Below are positions 49,201 to 61,021 of a stretch of 64,000 nucleotides of DNA, piece by piece. The notes under the pieces were generated by a model. That model was not told the origin of the DNA and did no database searches. It was given only the letters and a program-made list of their open reading frames with translations. The stretch lies in the NCBI RefSeq assembly GCF_036588685.1, contig NC_086378.1, positions 28,458,001-28,522,000 of the forward strand, given 5' to 3'. The stretch is from Mytilus trossulus. Taxonomy: Eukaryota. The translations under genes were made by a program, and so were the position numbers. How positions within the stretch are numbered: position 1 is the stretch's first letter; every line of letters begins with the position of its first letter.

Positions 49201-49380
49201 AATCATTTTATTCCGCTTCTTAATTAGCAAATAAAATTGTTTTTTCAAATATCTAGTTATCTTGTTAAGCATAATGCAAACTAAATTCATTTTCATTTTT
49301 ATATTTAACATGACAGTGTTTTGTTAATAAAAGCATAACATTTAGATAAAACACATCTCTAAGTGGTTAGTTGCCCTTTT

Positions 49381-52300
49381 AAAAAATGTTAATACATGTA
49401 TTTAAATCCTATCAAAAATATATTTTCCTAATATCAAGTACTTGTTATATACAATGCAAACTTCTAGATTCCTTTGCATTTTAATCTTTAACATGACAAT
49501 TATTTTTTAATAAAATCTAACCAATTAGATGAAACAAAGTATTTGACACATATTAGTGACATCTGCCTAGTGATATTGTGTGAAAGTTTGATGTCAGTTT
49601 TGAAAGCTGTAAAATGCATATTGGCCCCTTTTTAGCTCACCTGGCCCGAAGGGCCAAGTGAGCTTTTCTCATCACTTGGCGTCCGGCGTCCGTCGTCGTC
49701 GTCGTCGTCCGTCGTCCGTCGTCGTCCGTCGTCGTTAACTTTTACAAAAATCTTCTCCTCTGAAACTACTGGGCCAAATTGAACCAAACTTGGCCACAAT
49801 CATCATTGGGGTATCTAGTTTAAAAAATGTGTGGCGTGACCCGGTCAACCAACCAAGATGGCCGCCACGGCTAAAAATAGAACATAGGGGTAAACTGCAG
49901 TTTTTGGCTAATAACTCAAAAACCAAAGCATTTAGAGGAAATCTGACATGGGGTAAAAATGTTTATCAGGTCAAGATCTATCTGCCCTGAAATTTTCAGA
50001 TGAATCGGTCAACCCGTTGTTGGGTTGCTGCCCCTGAATTGGTAATTTTGTGGAAATTATGCAGTTTTTGGTTGTTATCTTGAATATTATTATAGATAGA
50101 GATAAACTGTAAACAGCAATAATGTTTAGTAAAGTAGGATTTACAAATAAGTCAACATGACCGAAATGGTCAGTTGACCCGTTTAGGAGTTATTGCCCTT
50201 TATAGTCAATTTTTAACCATTTTTCGTAAATCTTAGTTATCTTTTACAAAAATCTTCTCCTCTGAAACTACTGGGCCAAATTGAACCAAACTTGGCCACA
50301 ATCATCATTGGGGTATCTAGTTTAAAAAATGTGTGGCGTGACCCGGTCAACCAACCAAGATGGCCACCACGGCTAAAAATAGAACATAGGGGTAAACTGC
50401 AGTTTTTGGCTTATAACTCAAAAACCAAAGCATTTAGAGGAAATCTGACATGGGGTAAAAATGTTTATCAGGTCAAGATCTATCTGCCCTGAAATTTTCA
50501 GATGAATCGGTCAACCCGTTGTTGGGTTGCTGCCCCTGAATTGGTAATTTTGTGGAAATTTTGCAGTTTTTGGTTGTTATCTTGAATATTATTATAGATA
50601 GAGATAAACTGTAAACAGCAATAATGTTTAGTAAAGTAGGATTTACAAATAAGTCAACATGACCGAAATGGTCAGTTGACCCGTTTAGGAGTTATTGCCC
50701 TTTATAGTCAATTTTTAACCATTTTTCGTAAATCTTAGTTATCTTTTACAAAAATCTTCTCCTCTGAAACTACTGGGCCAAATTGAACCAAACTTGGCCA
50801 CAATCATCATTGGGGTATATAGTTTAAAAAATGTGTGGCGTGACCCAGTCATCCAACCAAGATGGCCGCCACGGCAAAAAATAGAACATAGGGGTAAACT
50901 GCAGTTTTTGGCTTATAACTCAAAAACCAAAGCATTTAGAGGAAATCTGACATGGGGGTAAAAATGTTTATCAGGTCAAGATCTATCTGCCCTGAAATTT
51001 TCAGATGAATCGGTCAACCCGTTGTTGGGTTGCTGCCCCTGAATTGGTAATTTTGTGGAAATTTTGCAGTTTTTGGTTATTATCTTGAATATTATTATAG
51101 ATAGAGATAAACTGTAAACAGCAATAATGTTTAGTAAAGTAGGATTTACAAATAAGTCAACATGACCGAAATGGTCAGTTGACCTGTTTAGGAGTTATTG
51201 CCCTTTATAGTCAATTTTTAACCATTTTTCGTAAATCTTAGTTATCTTTTACAAAAATCTTCTCCTCTGAAACTACTGGGCCAAATTAATCCAGACTTGG
51301 CAATCATCATCTTTGGGGTATCTTGTTTTAAAAATGTGTCCGGTGACCCGACTATCAAATCAAGATGGCCGCCACAGCTAAAAATAGAACATAGGGGTAA
51401 AATGCAGTTTTTGGCTTATAACTCAAAAACCAAAGCATTTAGAGCAAATCCAACACGGGGTTAAATTATTAATCAGATCAAGATCTATCTGCCCTATAAT
51501 TTTCAGATGAATCGGTCAACCCATTGTTGGGTTGCTGCCCCTGAATCGGTAATTTTAAGGAAATTTTGCTGTTTTTGGTTATTATCTTAAATTTTATTAT
51601 AGATAGAGATAAACTGTAAACAGCAATTATGTTCAGCAAAGTAAGATTTACAAATAAGTCAACACGACGGAAATTGTCAATTGACCCCCTAAGGAGTTAT
51701 TGTCCTTTATAGTCAATTTTTAACAATTTTCATAAAATTTGTAAATTTTTATTAACATTTTCCACTGAAACTACTGGGCCAAGTTCATTATAGATAGAGA
51801 TAAATGTAAGCAGCAAGACTAGTAAAGTAAGATTTACAAACACATCACCATCACCAAAACACAATTTTGTCATGAATCCATCTGCTTCCTTTGTTTAATA
51901 TTCACATAGACCAAGGTGAGCGACACAGGCTCTTTGGAGCCTCTAGTTGAATATTAAAATCAAACACAAAAAGCAATACAAAAGTCTTTGTGTATTTCAA
52001 ATGTTAATCTTCATTAACAAAATGTCCTCAGATGAATGCATATTAGCAAGTCAATTGCCAAATTTACAATGCAAAAAATCTAGCTACATAGGATCGATAA
52101 TGTGGAGAGGTACTAATGAAACACTAAAATTAATAATAACTTATAAAAAGGCCCTAAAGGTTTACAGTTGATATGCACAATGCTGACACGTTTGTTTACA
52201 ATTAAAAGTTATTTTGTTTAGTTTCTTTTATTACCAATTCTGACACTGGACTCGATTAACTGATTTTTATTTTGCGTATGATTGTGTGTTTGTTTTTCTA

Positions 52301-53125
52301 TTTTGGCTAGAGATAAAGGGGAAGGATTGAGATATAATAAACATGTTTGAGCCCGCCGCATTTTTGCGCCTGCTCTAAGTTAAGAGCCGACTTTGTTAGT
52401 CTTGTAAAAAATGTTAATAACATGTATTTAAACCCTATAAGAAATAGATTTTCCTAATATCAAGTACTTATTATATACAATGCAAACTTCTAGATTCCTT
52501 TGCATTTTAATCTTTAACATGACAGTTATTTGTTAATAAAATCTAACCAATTAGATGAAACAAAGTATTTGACACACATTTGTCACATCTGCCTAGTGAT
52601 ATTGTGTGAAAGTTTGATGTCAGTTTTGAAAGCTGTAAAATGCATATTGGTCCCTTTTTAAATATTAAAATCAAAAACAAAAAGCAGTACACAAGTCTTT
52701 GTGTGTTTCAAATGTTAGTCTTCATTTAACAAAATGTCCTCAGATGAATGCATATTAGCAAGTCAATTGCCAAATTTCAAATGCAAAATATCTAGCTACA
52801 TAGGATTGATAATGTGGAGAGGTACAAATGTACTAATGAAACACTAACATTGATAATAACTTATAAAAAGGCCCAACAGGTTTACAGTTGATATGCACAA
52901 TGCTGACACGTTTGTTTACAATTAAAAGTTATTTTGTTTATTTTCTTTTATTACCAATTCTGACACTGGACTCGATGAACTGATTTTTACTATGCGTATG
53001 ATTGTGTGTTTGTTTTTCTACTTTGGCTAGAGGTTAAGGGGGAGGATGGAGATCTAAAACATATGTTTGAGACCGTCGCATTTTTGCGCCTGCTCTAAGT
53101 CAAGAGCCAACTTTGTAAGTCTTGT
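49381..53125. repeat. ~710-bp tandem segmental duplication (copy 1 = 49381-49633 + 51949-52405; copy 2 = 52406-53125)
   Basis: Collinear similarity on both sides of the HINE. Confidence 0.85.
49629..51948 (+). mobile_element. non-autonomous Helentron (HINE) with internal 502-bp tandem array (~4 copies)
   Basis: 5' TTTTT-AGCTCACCTGGCCC gaa GGGCCAAGTGAGCT hairpin; (CGT/CGTC)n at 49680-49734; repeat starts near 49741, 50243, 50745, 51248; 3' sub-TIR CCAAGGTGAGC plus AGGCTC-tttg-GAGCCT hairpin plus CTAGTT; no TSD. Confidence 0.9.
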
Positions 53126-56100
53126 ATGGATTCTTTTTTTTTTTTTTTTTAATTTTTCGGAGTTTAGTATTACGTCCATTATCATTGAAGTAGTATACAT
53201 TGTCGTTTCGGGACAAGATGAAGTACACCTCCGGGTGCGGGAGTTTCTTGCTGTATTGAAGACTCTTTGATGGCCTTCGGCTTTTATCTGCTCTTTGGTC
53301 GGATTTTTGTCTCTTTGACACATTCCCCATTTCCATTCTCAATTTTGCATTGTAGTAAAATAAGATACTGCCTTGGTATTTATTATGATTTCAAGTGATG
53401 TTTCAGTAGACAATTTCAGAGGTAACACTTTTTGTATATAACCATGTGGACAGGTGAAGAAGACGGATGCTCGCTGTTATAAGATCTACGGTCATGACAT
53501 TTCAAAAGCCTGTGATATTGGGTAACTTCATATATATTGAATCTGTTAATGTCAAATATATATTATTTTTCGAGTATATTACACATATATGTTGCTAGTA
53601 ATTTAAGGCTATGGGCAAATACTACCAATTTGTTTTTGAGATTTGATTATTATCTAAGATATGTTTCAGTTACACAATCTGAAATTTGTAATATATAAAA
53701 AAGCCGAACTCTGATGAAAATGCAAAAGAGAACTCTATCATCAAATGGCAAAATTAAAAAGCTCAAACTCATCAAACGAATGGATATACGATCCCTTTAT
53801 AAATTTGCTTGCTTGAGTTGTAGATGTAAAACTTAACATGCTTTAAAACTAATAATTTCATCATGTGCGAATATATATTCAAAACTGCCACAGCGGAATT
53901 CAACACTTCTCGAGGGATAAGTTTTATTCTTATTTCTGAAATTGTTTATGTTTAGTTACTTTTAAAGAAATATAAACTTAATATAATTTTGCAATCTTAG
54001 GTCAGTTAAATCTTTACCCTATATTGATTTTCGCTCAATACTTTTTACTTGTAATTCGTTGTATGATGACATGCTCACATGATGGTAAATAATAAAATTG
54101 AGAATGGAAATGGGGAATGTATCAAACAGACATTAACCCGACCATAGAGAAAACAACAGCAGTACATGATGGTAAAGATCAGTTGTACTTTAAGATATGT
54201 TAACAAGAACTAATAAATAACTCTATTTTGTTTGTCATTTGAGTAGCATAACTTATAACAAATATTTTGCCCCTTGTTTCATCGTACGCAGTCAGAGAGA
54301 TAAATAAAATTTTGAAGATTCATCAAGTCTCGTTATTTTGGCATTGTGATCGTCACGAATAACAAATTATGACCAACACCGTCACAGCCATAGTATACAA
54401 TCTTGTGAGGTGAAAATACGACATAGTTCAGCAGGAGTACCATAAAGTAAAAAAACACAAAGAAATAGGCGAAAACAAAAGTCAAAAATGGAGAGTCCTC
54501 CAATTAAAAAAAAATCTAATTAAGTAACATAAAAATCTGAAAACTTAGGTATTGAATAACCCGATGATACAAAGCAGAAACGCAAAACGACAAAGGAGTG
54601 AAAAATAAAGAAAATATAAATTAAACAGAAATCATACTAGAAATGATAAGTTATTTTTCTTTTCTTTTTTAGTTATTGTCCATCTGATTTATATAAACAT
54701 TTATCAAATATGTGCAGTTTTCTCTCACTAACCGTGAACAGTATTTCATAAGTTTTTAATTTATTGGTGTAGAAGTATGATTTTTATAAACGTTTACTTG
54801 TCATTTGGTATGAAAATTTTTGGTGGTAACAGCTGATTTCATGTCTTTATCGATGTTCATTGTCTATAGATGATCACTCCTGAGTCACATTTTTAACAAA
54901 ATCGTATAAAGCTCTATCAGAATAGGAATATGTGATATGATTGTCAATGGGACATATCTACAACAGACCAAATGACATGCACGATATCCACCTTGTAGTT
55001 CTTTCTTATGGCTTTTCTTATTGTTCTTTTTCAATGTTGCAATCCAGACATTTAGAACTGGGTCTCCTTTCTGTTTCGTAGGAACGTCTATTATATCCAT
55101 CTGTTGAACATTACAAATACTGTGTATATAGATTGTAGATAATTTGTCAAATACAATCATAAACTTGTTTTACAGTCTGTGCACTTTAAACCAGTAAGTA
55201 AAAGGTTTATTAACACTCTGCCTTATTAAGACCGCAATTAGCATTGGTTATGATCTTATTTTTTCTGTCTTGTCCTTTGTAGAGAACAGTTCCAATTCCA
55301 TTCAGACTTGTATCATTGAAATTAATTTAGCCCCGGCACATGTTCATGTGCCTATCCAAAGTCGATAGTTGTAGGTCTATCGTTTTTATGTCATTTGGTG
55401 TTCAAGTAGGATCACTGAAAATCTAATGTTTCATGACTGTACTGAGAAGAATCTGAGGAGAATTACAAATTAATCGAAGACCTTTCGGTGACCACCACAT
55501 ATTTGTTTTTTAGTCATTAGGTACATGGACGTATATCTGACATCTCTAGTATTTGCTATAAACAAACTCAAACTATTAGTTGTCTATTAACTTGAATGTT
55601 TGCACATAAAAGTTTTTTTTAAAGTGAAAGTCAACCGATTAGAAAACACAAATAACTTGACACATAATTGTGCCATCTGCCAAGTAAACATGTGCGAAAG
55701 TTTGATGCCAGTTCTGGAAGCTGTTTTACGCAACTACTATTTTTTTCACATCATGAAAATAAAAAAAGAGAAAAAAAGCAATTAAGAACCAAGGTCAACT
55801 ATTTTCACAGGAAACCTTATAGACGCGAGGAAATTCCCCAAAAACTCATAACATACGTCGAGCAGCAGCTGCACCCACGGCGATATCATCAACGATAAGG
55901 TCTTAAGACACAAACAACCAAACTAATATGTTATGTTTTGGAATTGCACATTCTCAAAATATTTTATGATTTGAAATAAAAAATTGGATAAAAAACCTAA
56001 GTGACATGGAATCGCCCAAAGATTTAAAATCTGACTATTTTACAAATTACATTATATTCTCATTAAGTACTTTATTTATACACGAAACCTTAACGATAGT

Positions 56101-56127
56101 AACCCTTCCTCTATTGCTACATTGAAG

Positions 56128-56498
56128 ATAGTTATCAAAAGTACCAGGATTATAATTTTATACGCCAGACGCGCGTTTCGTCTACATAAGACTCATCAGT
56201 GACGCTCAGATCAAAATAGTTAAAAAGCCAAACATATACAAAGTTGAAGAGCATTGAGGACCCAAAATTCCAAAAAGTTGTGCCAAATACGGCTTAGGTA
56301 ATCTACTCCTGGGGTAAGAAAATCCTTAGTTTTTCGAAAAATTCAAAGTTTTGTATACAGAAAATTTATAAAAATGACCATATAATTGATATTCATGTCA
56401 ACACCGAAGTGCTGACTACTGGGCTTGTGATACCCTCGGGGACGAAACGTCCACCAGCAGTGCCATCGACCCAGTGGTGTAAATAGTTATCAAAAGTA
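56128..56498 (-). mobile_element. complete 355-nt retrozyme monomer with 16-nt terminal redundancy
   Basis: atagttatcaaaagta at 56128 and 56483; contains an intact hammerhead. Confidence 0.85.
56163..56204 (-). ncRNA. type I hammerhead ribozyme (intact core)
   Basis: Reverse complement is identical to 36906-36947; predicted cleavage between 56168 and 56167. Confidence 0.88.
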
Positions 56499-56566
56499 AG
56501 AAGCATTAACCATTGTCCTTCAGTAATTATAGACACAATTCCGAAGTGGTCTGTTAAAATACTATA

Positions 56567-57123
56567 CAAGGCTCGGGCCTATTCGAATTATCTATCAGAA
56601 ATGTCGTATTTTTTGTTATTTTATTCTTTACAGAAAGTGATTCAAATTGGTCGAAAAAATAGGTGGTCACGGACCTTTTAAGCTCACAATTTAACTTTTA
56701 AACAGGTATGTAAAAGGGACAATTTTTCAATATAATGATAGGGAAAAAAGAGGTGTTGAAATATTTTTATCGGAATATCAAAAAAATGTTATATGACACT
56801 TGGTCCAACACTGTAATATAAAAAGCTGAAATATAGCTTAAAAATAATGAGTAAATAAAAAACATAGGTAACCGATAAGGAAACAAAAAAATTTGCCTTA
56901 AAACCCAAATTTTAGCGGGAAAATGGTGAAGATGGGTGAAATGTCATTTTGACTCTTTAACAAATATGGATAATAACGGAAATATTCTATTATTTACATA
57001 ACTACAATTATTTAACATTTCCAATCAATCAAAATATTTAAAAAAAATTATATCGAATTTACCGCAAATACTTTTGTAAATCATGCATAAAAATAAGCGC
57101 TGTCGAATAGTCCAGAGCCACCA
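56567..57123. mobile_element. MITE (possibly Tc1/mariner-like, TA-flanked)
   Basis: Imperfect TIRs ggctcgggcctattcga / tcgaatagtccagagcc. Confidence 0.55.
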
Positions 57124-59069
57124 TAATCGGTCCGCATTGCTCTTTATACTTTATTTGTTTTTTTTACTGTTTCGATTCTAGTGTCACTATAGAGTCTGTT
57201 GCGGACGTAGGTTTGTCGTACACAATTTTGATCCTGGTATGGACTACGAGTGTATTCACATTTTCTTTTCTTTTTATTTCCCCCTCACACTTGATCTGTG
57301 TGGATGGCGATCTTCTAACAAGATGTCACGTATACAAGGTCAATGCATTCAGAAAAGTATTGTCGAATTACAGTATGGGAATTCAATAGTTTAATAGCAG
57401 TACATTTTATGAAGATTTTGATAAGATAAAGTATATTCTTTCACATGCAAGTCCCCGTACACTTGTTTTAGATTGAACATTCTAGTACATAAGGCATATT
57501 CAACTTTTTATTTAAATTGGAAGTATCATATGACTTTATAAGGGAGTGTGCAGATTTTATGAAGCAGTTTTTTTTTAACTTTAATTGCATGATTGGATAA
57601 ATGAAATTATCAATCTGGCCAATGAAGCGTTTTAACTGAACACCATTTGATTATTATGGATTTTTTCTTGAAATTAAAAACAAACAGAGAAAGTGCATTA
57701 TTAATCACATATGAACAGAAAAGTTATGACACCAAAACCATTCGATGCTAATCATCTATTATATGATAGAATTTATTGCAATTACCATGTTATCAAGCTA
57801 AGTTCAAACTTATTGCATATGAATTAAAATATACTGTTTTTTTAAGTTAGGTCTAATAAAGTTCAGTGTCTAATTCGAAACTCTACAAAAGGCATCTGGG
57901 ATTTTATGACTGCCTATGTAACCCGACAGATGACCACATGTACCAGATGTTTTAAATGAACAACTATATGAGATTAATGAAATTTCACACAATTAAAATA
58001 CGTAGTAGATTTCTTGATCTTTCTTTTATCAACAAATCAAGTGATAGGGCATCATGCGAACTTTCTCACCTATCTATGCAATTGACCGAACAATTTCTGA
58101 AAAAAGATAAACATTAAACAGCTATCGAAACAAAGAGATATCGATGCAGAATAATGGAAAAACTGAGATCGTGATTTTATTATGCTGTTTTTTGTGAAAT
58201 GTCGTAGACTATTGTATATATTTGTTGTAATTCAGTGGATAACATGTTGAAATATACTATTATATTATTTTTTTGTGTATTTCCCTGTCCTGAGTGTGCT
58301 TGCATTTATTTGTGTTATATTCCTGACATGTAATAATGTCATTTTAGTGGTTTATCTAACATTGCTATAAAGCGTTAGGTTTGGCTAACCACAAAACCTG
58401 GTTCAACCCAACATTTTGTCTTTAAATGTCCTTTATTAAGTTCGGAATATGGCGGTTGTTTTTTTATAGCTCTTTTCTATATATGTTGTATTGTCGTTTG
58501 TTTTTTTTGCACTTTAGTGTTTCTGGTTTTTGTAGTTGTTTTCCTTTCGATGACCACCACAAAGATGATTCTGTGTTATTAGGTACATTGACGTATATCT
58601 GTCAACTAAAGTATTTGCTATAAACAAATTCAAACTATTAGATTTCTATTAACTTGAATTTTTTGCACCAAAAGGTGTTTTTTTTAAATGAAATCAACTG
58701 ATTAGAAAACACAAATAACATGACAAACATGTGTGAAAGTTTGATGCCAGTTCTGGAATCTGTTTAACGCATCTGCTGTTTTATTTTTACATTATAAAAA
58801 AAGAAAAGAGAGAAAAAAAGCAATTAAGAAGCTTGCAATTGTTGAATGTTTAAAAAAATGTATTCTAAACGATAGTGAGAACGAAGGAAAGGTTCGGGAT
58901 CATCAAAACTATTCAAAATGTTCATATGTAAAATTACATCTTTTATTTTTAAAAATTTGTAAGAATATGCATTCTGTTCTAAATACAGACAAAAATTGTC
59001 AAAATTGACAACATGTTAAATTTGAAAACGAAAAAGCATCAAAATACGATAAATCTGTCTTTTAATAAT

Positions 59070-59215
59070 TAGTTATCAAAGGTACAAGGATTATAATTTA
59101 GTACGCCAGACGCGCGTTTTGTCTACATAAGACTCACCAGTGACCCTCATATCAAAATATTTTTGAAGCCAAACAAGTACAAAGTTGAAGAGCATTGAGG
59201 ATTCAAAATTACAAA
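59070..59215 (-). mobile_element. retrozyme fragment with inactivated hammerhead
   Basis: CUGGUGA and AAAA replace CUGAUGA and GAAA at 59104-59145. Confidence 0.7.
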
Positions 59216-61021
59216 ATTTACCTTTAGTTTTTTTAGTTGAATTTTTTCAGATTGGTCCACTTCTTCTTTATGGAAAGTATGAACAAAAATGTATTTGTGA
59301 AAATTGGGTATTTTCAAAGGGCCGTAGCAAAAATAGAAGTGCATCACCATATGATTTTTGTTCATCAAATTATCTTTTACAGTTATTAAAGAATCAAACA
59401 CAATAGTTAGACTGTTTATAAAACCATTTTCCTTAAGTAATGATAGACACAAACTCGAAATGGTCTGTATTAAGGATTACGATACAGGGAGAGAAAGTCT
59501 ATTTTGTTTTATTGAGAACAATGGTTGGTTATACCCATTATACAATAAGGACACAAGAAAGTGCTTCATACACAATCACGTAAAAAGAGGTAACTGTCAA
59601 CATATAATTCAATTGTATCTCTTTATTTTTTATTAGCTTGACAAATTAGGGGGGGGGGTGTGGTGACTCAACAACTACTCCAAATGATATTTGTTTATTA
59701 TTTTTTTATCTCAGGAGAAGTTTCGTAAAAATGTAGTTTATAGATTATAATTGTTTCACATTATCTAATCGAAGCCTGTTATAGCATATAAAACGATCTG
59801 CGTTTTTATCATTGTTAAAGGCCGAACGGTTGCCTTTAAGGGTTTAAATCTACTTCGTTTAAATTCTAGTGAATAGTCTCCTCATAGGTCATCATACATC
59901 TCTTCATTCACATATATATTTACTGTCCAAAATTTCTATACAGAGTTGTAGTAATTTCAAATAATTCGTTAAAAACGAGTATATGTTTAATGATCGACTT
60001 AAAATTACTGAAAGTTGAAAATCAACCTTTGTTTTTTTTCAGGAACAAGACGTTATATAAACTTTAACAACAAAATATATTATCTTGAACGGAATGTGAC
60101 GGAATGAATAGACAAATCACATACAAGTGCTAATTTTGAATAATATGGAATTATTTGGAAGATGAGTGTGTAAATATATAAATTATTCCTTATGTGAATA
60201 TGAAAAATACAAGTTTTGTTAAAAAAACCTTACAGCTAAATAATTTGTGTTTGTAGTGTTGAAAAAATTATCGAAGCTATACATGCATTGCTACCAAAAG
60301 AGGGACGAAAGATACCAAAGGGACAGTCAAACTCATAAATCCAAAACAAACTGACAACGCCATGGTGCCATGGCGTAAATTACGTCCTCATCAATGTATT
60401 ACTGACAAACAATATTTCATTAAGTGATTGTTGATTGCAGGTTCCTTTTAAAACTATACTTTTTTCATATTTTATATGCGATCTCATTTGTTCATTATAT
60501 TTTTTATATAACAGTTGCTAAATGATTTTTTTTAAAGTTGTTTATTAAGAACACATGGACATTTTTTTGTCTTATGTAGTAGGTGTAACGCGCGTATGGC
60601 ATACAAGATTGTAATATCGGTATCTGTGATGATATTATGTTCAACCAATAGGTCAATGCAGCTAATGATGGAGGGTTCAAAGGCGATCACCAGTCATGTA
60701 GTCATTACGTCTATATTGCCATGAGTTATTATTGAAATGGTCATTATGATAACTCATTGTTAAAAAAACTTTTTTTTAAATACTAAAATTTTTCGTTCGC
60801 ATTAACGGTCCCTCATTTTTCTTCGCGTTTGCACTTATTTCAAGTATCACGAAATTGTCTTTTGTGAGTTTTGATCCTTATATCGATGATGAGAGTAAAA
60901 TTAAGAGTGGAAATGGGGAATGTGTGAAAGAGACAACAATCCGACCAAAGAAAAAAAACAACAGCAGAAGGTCACCAGCAGGTCTTCAATGTAGAGAGAA
61001 ATTCCCGCACCCGGAGGTGTC

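Noticed and set aside
49735-50492. Repeated 63-66-aa ORFs
   Set aside because: They come from the 502-bp HINE tandem units.
36684-59406. Recurrent short ORFs such as MKSIED.K.Q and ..LATSITEETCIV..
   Set aside because: They are translations of non-coding retrozyme copies.
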